Origin: a virus
Lineage: Duplodnaviria; Heunggongvirae; Uroviricota; Caudoviricetes
IMG/VR virus record: IMGVR_UViG_2657244940_000018
Length of the DNA stretch: 4,799 bases
Reading direction: 5' to 3' (one strand)
How positions within the stretch are numbered: position 1 is the stretch's first letter; each line of letters opens with the position of its first letter. The notes below the pieces were generated by a model that was not told the origin of the DNA, ran no database searches, and was given only the letters and a program-made list of their open reading frames with translations. Shown here one piece after another: positions 1 through 4,799 of this stretch. Made by a program: the position numbers and the translations under genes.

Positions 1-166
1 ATATTTCGAAGTTATCAGGTGGACAGTTAATCCATTTGTTAGAGCCTGCTATGATTTCCCTGTCCCAACGTTTTATTCTTTCGCCATTTCTTTCTATGCA
101 TATCATGTAATTTGATGGGGTCATTAATTCTTTGGATGCCGAAAGACATTCCTTAAATGATGACAT
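1..166 (-). CDS. Hypothetical protein, N-terminal fragment of an AT-rich ORF that runs off the left window edge
   Basis: The reverse complement of 1..172 reads in one frame with no stop: (LE)MSSFKECLSASKELMTPSNYMICIERNGERIKRWDREIIAGSNKWINCPPDNFEI. The first ATG is at 166..164 and the frame is open from 184, inside the IS end. The other two minus frames contain stops. GC content is far lower than the rest of the window. No obvious Shine-Dalgarno sequence precedes the ATG and I do not recognise the protein. The six-frame track omits it, probably as too short or partial. Confidence 0.3.
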   Translation of the reverse strand, partial: MSSFKECLSASKELMTPSNYMICIERNGERIKRWDREIIAGSNKWINCPPDNFEI

Positions 167-172
167 TTCAAG

Positions 173-194
173 GTAAGCGACTCGTCAGAACCGT
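173..194. repeat. Terminal inverted repeat of the IS66-family element (tnpC-proximal end)
   Basis: GTAAGCGACTCGTCAGAACCGT matches the reverse complement of 2850..2871 at 16 of 22 positions. A GTAA terminus and imperfect inverted repeats are characteristic of the IS66 family. Confidence 0.55.
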
Positions 195-202
195 ATTGAT
201 AT

Positions 203-1774
203 TTACTGAGAGCTCAGATCAACTTTCCAGGGCAACAGATCGCGTACCCGGTTTGCCGGCCAGTCCTGGATATGTTCAATGACGTAACGCAGCCACTTTT
301 CTGGCTCCACATTGTTCAGACGGCATGTGCCGATCAGCGAGTACAACACCGCCGCATGTTCACCACCGCTGTCGGAACCCGCGAACATCCAGTTTTTCCG
401 GCCTACGGCCACTCCCCGTAAGGCGTTCTCTGCGATGTTGTTGTCGATTTCCACCCAGCCATTACTGCAGTACACGTTCAGTGCATCCCACTGTTTCAGC
501 AGGTATGCGAACGCTTTTGCCGTATCTGACTGACGCGACAGTGTTTTCATCTGTTGCTGTATCCAGTCATACAGTGACTGCATCAGTGGCGCGGCTCTGG
601 CTTTTCTTGCCGCCAGACGCTGTTCTGCTGAACAGCCCCGGACCTCTGCCTCGATGGCATACAGTTCACCGATACGCTGCAGGGCTTCCGTGGTGATGTA
701 GGTGGGCGCTCTTGCATGCACATCGTGGATTTTTCTCCGGGCATGAGCCATACACGCGGCTTCCGTTATTCTGCCGGATTCGTATAACGCCCGGTAACCA
801 CCGTAAGCATCGGCCTGAAGCACACCGCTGTAACCGGCCAGGTGATTTTGTGGATGGATACCTTTCCGGTCCGGACTGTACGCGAACCAGACCGCCGGGG
901 GCATCTGTGAACCGGCGTTACGGTCATCACGGACGTAGACCCACAGCCGGGCTGTCCGGGTTTTACCGCTGCCCGGCTCCTGGACCGGGACGGGGATATC
1001 ATCAGCATGGACTTTACCGGGCATCAGCACATACTGGCGCAGGACGTCATACAGCGGCTCCAGCAGTTCAGCAACAGCACCTGTCCAGCGCCCCAGTGTG
1101 GCACGGCTCAGCTCCACTCCCTGACGACGGTATATTTCTGACTGGCGGTATAACGGCAGATGGTCTGCATATTTCCCGGTGACAACATGGGCCAGAAGCC
1201 CCGCTCCGGTATAACTGCGTGCAATGGGTTTTGAAGGTACTGGTGCCTGCACGATATGGTCGCACCGGCAACAGGCCTGTTTCGGACGTTGTGTTTCGAT
1301 AACCTTAAAGGCGCTGCTGATAAGCTCCAGTTGCTCTGACACATCACATCCCAGAGAACTGAGTTCACCACCACAGGCAGGACAGCATTCCTCTTCCGGC
1401 CGGATAACCCGGGTTTCACGGGGAAGTGAGGCCGGTAACGGTTTACGGGCTGAAGACTGGCGCAGGGCGGATGGCAGTACCGGGTCATATTGCTCACCCA
1501 GCGTTTCCGCCATTTCTTCCTGAAGTGCGCTGATTCGCTCCTGTGCTTCCTGTATCTGCCGTTCGGTTTTTGCACGAAGTTTTTCTGAGCTTTTACCGAA
1601 CTGCATACGTTGCAGTTTCGCAACCAGCGCCTTCAGCCGGTTGATTTCGGAAGCATAAGCCGCCACCCGCTGTGAGAGCAGGCGGTTGTATTCAGCCATC
1701 TGGCGGATGGTGTCCTGTTGCGTCTGCAACAGTGCCCGCAGGCGGGCGTTCTCATGAGCAAGTGAGGTGTCCAT
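203..1774 (-). CDS. tnpC: IS66-family transposase TnpC
   Basis: 523-aa ORF. The N-terminus is leucine-rich and coiled-coil-like ([26 protein letters not shown]). Paired CxxC motifs (CCPACGGEL ... CCRCDH) fit the IS66 transposase zinc-finger region, followed by a large catalytic domain. It lies immediately downstream of tnpB, as in IS66 elements. Confidence 0.93.
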   Translation of the reverse strand: MDTSLAHENARLRALLQTQQDTIRQMAEYNRLLSQRVAAYASEINRLKALVAKLQRMQFGKSSEKLRAKTERQIQEAQERISALQEEMAETLGEQYDPVLPSALRQSSARKPLPASLPRETRVIRPEEECCPACGGELSSLGCDVSEQLELISSAFKVIETQRPKQACCRCDHIVQAPVPSKPIARSYTGAGLLAHVVTGKYADHLPLYRQSEIYRRQGVELSRATLGRWTGAVAELLEPLYDVLRQYVLMPGKVHADDIPVPVQEPGSGKTRTARLWVYVRDDRNAGSQMPPAVWFAYSPDRKGIHPQNHLAGYSGVLQADAYGGYRALYESGRITEAACMAHARRKIHDVHARAPTYITTEALQRIGELYAIEAEVRGCSAEQRLAARKARAAPLMQSLYDWIQQQMKTLSRQSDTAKAFAYLLKQWDALNVYCSNGWVEIDNNIAENALRGVAVGRKNWMFAGSDSGGEHAAVLYSLIGTCRLNNVEPEKWLRYVIEHIQDWPANRVRDLLPWKVDLSSQ

Positions 1775-1778
1775 ATCC

Positions 1779-2141
1779 TCACTTTACAACGGGATATATG
1801 CGGATTCCAGCGCGTTCCGTTCGTTTCGGGTGCTTCCAGTTGATACCTTCAAGAAGCATGGATAACTGAGCCGGAGTAAGGTGCACCTTGCCGTCACGGG
1901 TGACTGGCCAGACGAAGCGGCCCCGCTCCAGGCGTTTGGTGAAGAGGCACAGTCCGTCACTGTCAGCCCACAACACTTTTATCTGGTCACCCCGGCGTCC
2001 GCGGAAGATGAACAGGTGTCCGGAGAACGGGTCATCCTTCAGGACGTTCTGAACTTTTGATGCCAGGCCGTTAAAGCCATTTCGCATATCGGTGATACCT
2101 GCAACCAGCCAGATACGCGAACCTGCAGGGAGAGATATCAT
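1779..2141 (-). CDS. tnpB: IS66-family accessory protein TnpB (IS66 Orf2)
   Basis: 120-aa [37 protein letters not shown]...[22 protein letters not shown], which I recognise as the conserved IS66 Orf2/TnpB protein. Its ATG overlaps the tnpA stop (TGATG), suggesting translational coupling. Confidence 0.93.
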   Translation of the reverse strand: MISLPAGSRIWLVAGITDMRNGFNGLASKVQNVLKDDPFSGHLFIFRGRRGDQIKVLWADSDGLCLFTKRLERGRFVWPVTRDGKVHLTPAQLSMLLEGINWKHPKRTERAGIRIYPVVK

Positions 2142-2818
2142 CAGTGGTTGCTCCCTTTTATTTCGCGGATAAGTGTCTGTAATAACGCCGGCGTCAGTTT
2201 ACCTTTAAGCCTGAGAGTTCCGGCCGGCAGAACCAGCTCACAACACAGACTGTCGGACGGTGTATTTATCTGCTCTGGTTCCTGTGCGGGGGCCGGGATT
2301 TTATTATCCGGCTCCGGCGTTAACGTCACGGGAAGCAGTGCCGGCATATTTTTTCCGGAAGGCAGCAGGCCACCTTTCCGGTATTGATGGCGCCAGTTGA
2401 AGAGCAGGTTATCGTTGATTCCGTTTTCCCGGGCGATCTGCGCCACACAGGCTCCGGGCTGCAGTGACTGCTCCACTAAGGCGATTTTAAACTCATAAGG
2501 GAAGTTGGGCCGCCGGGGACGTTTTTTTACCACGGGGGCTTCGGATATAACGGTGCTTTCAGGACGTACGACTGGTACCGTGGAAAATTGTCCGTAAAGG
2601 CAGGCATCAAGTTCCTGCTCCGACATGCCTGCGGGCAAAGGCCACGAAAGACCAGCTCTCCGAAAGCGCACGAACATACTACAAACTGTTGATTTTGGTA
2701 CACCCAGGCGACGCCCGGCCACAACCCGGGGTAAATGTTCTTCAAAGTGAAGACGTAAAGCTTCAGTGATCCAGGTCCGGTGTTTCATACGATAGTGTCC
2801 ATTAAAAATGATGGACAT
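2141..2818 (-). CDS. tnpA: IS66-family accessory protein TnpA (helix-turn-helix DNA-binding protein)
   Basis: 225-aa ORF with two helix-turn-helix-like segments (RRLGVPKSTVCSMFVRF and GACVAQIARENGINDNLLFNWRHQYRKG), then a proline-rich tail. It is the first gene of the tnpA-tnpB-tnpC set. The start is ambiguous: alternative Met codons lie at 2788 (MKHRTW...) and further inside (MSEQELD...). Confidence 0.8.
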   Translation of the reverse strand: MSIIFNGHYRMKHRTWITEALRLHFEEHLPRVVAGRRLGVPKSTVCSMFVRFRRAGLSWPLPAGMSEQELDACLYGQFSTVPVVRPESTVISEAPVVKKRPRRPNFPYEFKIALVEQSLQPGACVAQIARENGINDNLLFNWRHQYRKGGLLPSGKNMPALLPVTLTPEPDNKIPAPAQEPEQINTPSDSLCCELVLPAGTLRLKGKLTPALLQTLIREIKGSNH

Positions 2819-2849
2819 TATTTTTGTAGAGCCGGAGGAAACAGACCAG

Positions 2850-2871
2850 ACGGTTTAAATGAGCCGGTTAC
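2850..2871. repeat. Terminal inverted repeat of the IS66-family element (tnpA-proximal end)
   Basis: The reverse complement of 2850..2871 is GTAACCGGCTCATTTAAACCGT, matching 173..194 at 16 of 22 positions. Homology to phage gene I stops exactly at this point. Confidence 0.55.
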
Positions 2872-3415
2872 TATCCAGCGAGGAAAAGTACGTGTTCTGT
2901 CTGCCGTTATCCGTTACGCGGTAATCCGGTGTTTTTGCCTTCGGGGCCAGCATCTGTGCCACACCGCCCAGTATCATGCTGGCCCCCAGTGAAAACAGCA
3001 TCGTGGTGGCAGAAAAACCACCGGCACTCAGGGCTGAACCCCATAACGCCATCGAGGCACCGGCCGTGAAGAAAGAGCCCACGATGGCTGCCGCCCCCAG
3101 CACAATCTGCAGTCCGCCCTTTCCGGCTCCGGCCAGTCGCGGCACAATGTGGATGACCGTTCCCTCACCCAGCTGTTCGTGAAGACGGGCGTACACCGCC
3201 TCCGGTGCCGTGTCATCACCGGCAATACGTATCTGGTACCAGCCTTCGTTCATCTGACGGCGGAATCCGGGCACCTGTAACGACAGGGCGCGAATGGCTT
3301 CCGCTGCCGTGTTCACATACAGGCTGAGGCGGCGGCCAAATCGTTGTAAATCCCCGTGAAGGCAGATGCGTGCCAGTGGCGGTGACGCCAGACAGAATGC
3401 GTTCGTCGTTGCCAT
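2855..3415 (-). pseudogene. I: Lambda-like tail assembly protein I (gpI homolog), 3'-truncated by the IS66-family element
   Basis: The N-terminus MATTNAFCLASPPLARICLHGDLQRFGRR and the rest through ...KTPDYRVTDNGRQNTYFSSLD closely resemble lambda gpI as I recall it (223 aa). Similarity ends at about 2872, and the last codons (S-N-R-L-I-stop, 2855..2872) are read from the IS terminus. About 40 C-terminal residues are missing. Confidence 0.85.
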
Positions 3416-4056
3416 TTTTCGGAATACCTCTCCCGTTTACTCAGTTGTTCAGGCAGATGGTGAAGCAGCTCACCGTTGCCGCAGTAAATGGCGGCATGAT
3501 TAGCCACCGATGCGCCGAAGCAGCACAGCAGGATATCGCCCGGCAGTGCAGAGGACAGGGGCACCCGGTAAAAGCCCGTTGCCTCCATATTGTCCAGGTA
3601 AAGGTTCTGACCGTTGCACCACCAGTCATCCCCGCGATGAAAATCCGGCATATCAATGCCTGCCAGATGGTATGCATCCCGGAACAGCGTGTAACAGTCC
3701 GTCACCCCGTGCGCAAAGCGCCGTCCCGTCAGGTGCGGAACGCAGCGGAATTTGTGAATGTCACCCCGGCTGACCAGCCACCAGGGCAGTGCGCTTTTTA
3801 TCTGCAGCCGCCGGTCGGCCTCGCTCAGCCAGGGCAGTCCACCGGGATGACTGTGGACCAGTGCCACAATCTCCCCCTGCATCTCTGCCCGCAGCCAGTC
3901 TTCCGGTGCGATACGAAAATACGCCTCAGGCTCTGCAGAGATATTCACGCACGGCTGGTACTGGTTGCCCTCCGGCGTGCTTATCACGAAGCCGCACGAC
4001 TCCGCAGGCGCACACCGCCGGGCATGCGCCAGAATCGCTGATTCAGTCTGTGTCAT
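3313..4056 (-). CDS. K: Lambda-like tail assembly protein K (gpK homolog; JAB/MPN plus NlpC/P60 domains)
   Basis: 247-aa ORF with a JAMM-type motif HSHPGGLPWLSEAD (HxH-x7-S-xx-D) in the N-terminal half and NlpC/P60-like Cys and His contexts (GVTDCYTLFRDAYH, NHAAIYCG) in the C-terminal half. It sits between L and I, as in lambda. Its 3' end overlaps the start of I by about 100 nt in another frame. Confidence 0.9.
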   Translation of the reverse strand: MTQTESAILAHARRCAPAESCGFVISTPEGNQYQPCVNISAEPEAYFRIAPEDWLRAEMQGEIVALVHSHPGGLPWLSEADRRLQIKSALPWWLVSRGDIHKFRCVPHLTGRRFAHGVTDCYTLFRDAYHLAGIDMPDFHRGDDWWCNGQNLYLDNMEATGFYRVPLSSALPGDILLCCFGASVANHAAIYCGNGELLHHLPEQLSKRERYSEKWQRRTHSVWRHRHWHASAFTGIYNDLAAASACM

Positions 4057-4061
4057 GGGAT

Positions 4062-4761
4062 TTACTGCGAAAGTTTATTAATGGAAAGGAAACCGCCAAA
4101 ATTGCCGACATTCCTGCGCAGTTCACACCCGCGCATGCACTTGCTGCATCTGTCCTTACGGATATCCGTGGTGGGTTTATCGAACTCATCCGCCACAGCC
4201 CCGCCCGTGTAACCACACTCATCAGAGCGGTAGGTCCACATACAGGTGTTCGCCAGCATGATACGACCGGGAAACAGCGCCCCGTCCGTCTCGGTCGGTG
4301 TGGCCAGCACAAACGAGGCCGTCATGGCTGTCAGCTGCGACATCTGCTCCACCACCCAGCGGTCACTCAGCTCCTGCTCCGGGTCCGCCTCCGGATTGCC
4401 CGCAACGAAATTCACCGCATCCAGAAAACGGGCATACACCCGGCGGCGGACCACCGTGGCCCCCACCAGGCTCTGCAAATCCTCCGCCATTCCGGTGACA
4501 AGACCAAACAGATTGGACACCGTCAGCGACGGGCGGGCACTGCTGCCCTTTCCGTTCATCTCAAAGCCACTCCCCTCAATCGGGTACGCCTGATATTGCC
4601 GCCCCTGCCAGGTCACCGGCTCCCCCTTTTTCATTCAGCTCATTACAGAAAAAATACCGCTCACCGCCCTGTACCGTCAGGTCGATTTCCCAGAGCAACA
4701 CCCGCGGTGACTGCTCTGACTTAACCGACTCGTTCAGACTTTCTTCGTGAATATCCTGCAT
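4062..4761 (-). pseudogene. L: Lambda-like minor tail protein L (gpL homolog), disrupted by a +1 frameshift in an A5G5 run
   Basis: The N-terminus MQDIHEESLNESVKSEQSPRVLLWEIDLTVQGGERYFFCNELNEKG (ORF 4576..4761) matches the lambda gpL start. The continuation EPVTWQGRQYQAYPIEGSGFEMNGKG...NVGNFGGFLSINKLSQ is in a different frame (ORF 4062..4634). The frames switch at the coding-strand run AAAAAGGGGG (plus strand CCCCCTTTTT, 4622..4631); one fewer G would restore NEKGEPVTW. Confidence 0.88.
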
Positions 4762-4799
4762 CAGTTCACCACCTGCTCAATCGTACAACTGAAATCACT
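4761..4799 (-). CDS. M: Lambda-like minor tail protein M (gpM homolog), 3' end only (partial, runs off the right edge)
   Basis: The minus-strand frame reads ...SDFSCTIEQVVN-stop, and the TGA overlaps the L start codon (TGATG at 4759..4763). The ...EQVVN ending resembles the lambda gpM C-terminus as I recall it. Only 12 codons are visible, so this is tentative. Confidence 0.4.
   Translation of the reverse strand, partial: SDFSCTIEQVVN

Larger units (their letters stand above)
173..2871 (-). mobile_element. IS66-family insertion sequence, complete, about 2699 bp, carrying tnpA, tnpB and tnpC
   Basis: Three co-oriented minus-strand ORFs show the IS66 organisation: a stop/start TGATG overlap between tnpA and tnpB at 2139..2143, and a 4-nt gap between tnpB and tnpC. 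Both termini begin with 5'-GTAA-3' when read inward (GTAAGCGACTCGTCAGAACCGT at 173, GTAACCGGCTCATTTAAACCGT as the reverse complement ending at 2871). The exact termini are inferred from this imperfect inverted-repeat alignment, not from a reference. Confidence 0.85.

Noticed and set aside
2-124. Plus-strand frame open from the left edge to a stop at about 122..124 (YFEVIRWTVNPFVRACYDFPVPTFYSFAISFYAYHVI) as an alternative gene in the AT-rich flank
   Set aside because: It is shorter than the competing minus-strand frame, which is open across the entire flank, and its translation is aromatic-rich in a way typical of AT-rich non-coding frames. It is kept only as an alternative to test by homology search.
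312-1623. Several ORFs nested in or antisense to tnpC (312..533, 325..696, 712..1182, 766..1008, 1068..1271, 1108..1623, 1224..1523)
   Set aside because: All lie inside the 523-aa IS66 transposase gene, which has clear family hallmarks. Their products are low-complexity and have no start-site context, so they are most likely high-GC frame artefacts.
1779-2141. Possibility that TnpB here is an RNA-guided nuclease like the IS200/IS605 TnpB (Cas12 ancestor)
   Set aside because: As far as I know the name is coincidental: IS66 TnpB (Orf2, about 120 aa) is an unrelated small accessory protein. The ORF is far too short for an OMEGA-type nuclease and no RuvC-like motifs are visible.
2819-2871. Promoter-like AT-rich stretch (TTTAAA ... 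TACAAAAATA) between the IS inverted repeat and the tnpA start
   Set aside because: It is plausible as the IS promoter, but the spacing and the -35/-10 assignment cannot be established by eye, so I did not annotate it as a feature.
4620-4634. Programmed ribosomal frameshift in gene L, by analogy with lambda G/G-T
   Set aside because: The lambda programmed frameshift is in the tail chaperone genes G/T, not L. Here the required shift is +1 at AAAAAGGGGG, which is not a canonical X-XXY-YYZ slippery heptamer, so a mutation or sequencing error in the homopolymer is much more likely. I cannot formally exclude it without expression data.
3789-4724. Long plus-strand ORF (311 aa) antisense to K and L, along with other antisense ORFs (3370..4041, 3510..3773, 4246..4593, 4298..4498)
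   Set aside because: Their translations are Arg/Pro/Ala/His-rich low-complexity sequence typical of spurious frames in GC-rich DNA, and they lie entirely opposite well-supported phage tail genes with recognisable motifs.

Overview
The window holds a complete IS66-family insertion sequence of about 2.7 kb (173..2871, genes tnpA-tnpB-tnpC on the minus strand) sitting at a junction between two unrelated pieces of DNA. To its right is a lambda-like prophage tail-tip assembly block read on the minus strand in the order M (3' end only), L (frameshifted), K (intact), I (3' end cut off by the IS). To its left (1..172) is AT-rich DNA with one minus-strand reading frame that stays open to the window edge. 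No 8-bp target-site duplication flanks the IS and gene J is absent from the left flank, so the prophage looks tail-defective and the IS has probably mediated a deletion or recombination. I found no tRNA, rRNA or CRISPR array, and no convincing novel system. The only unexplained element is the AT-rich left-edge ORF, which is too short here to identify. All protein identifications rest on my reading of the supplied translations and recall of family hallmarks and lambda sequences; no database search was run.
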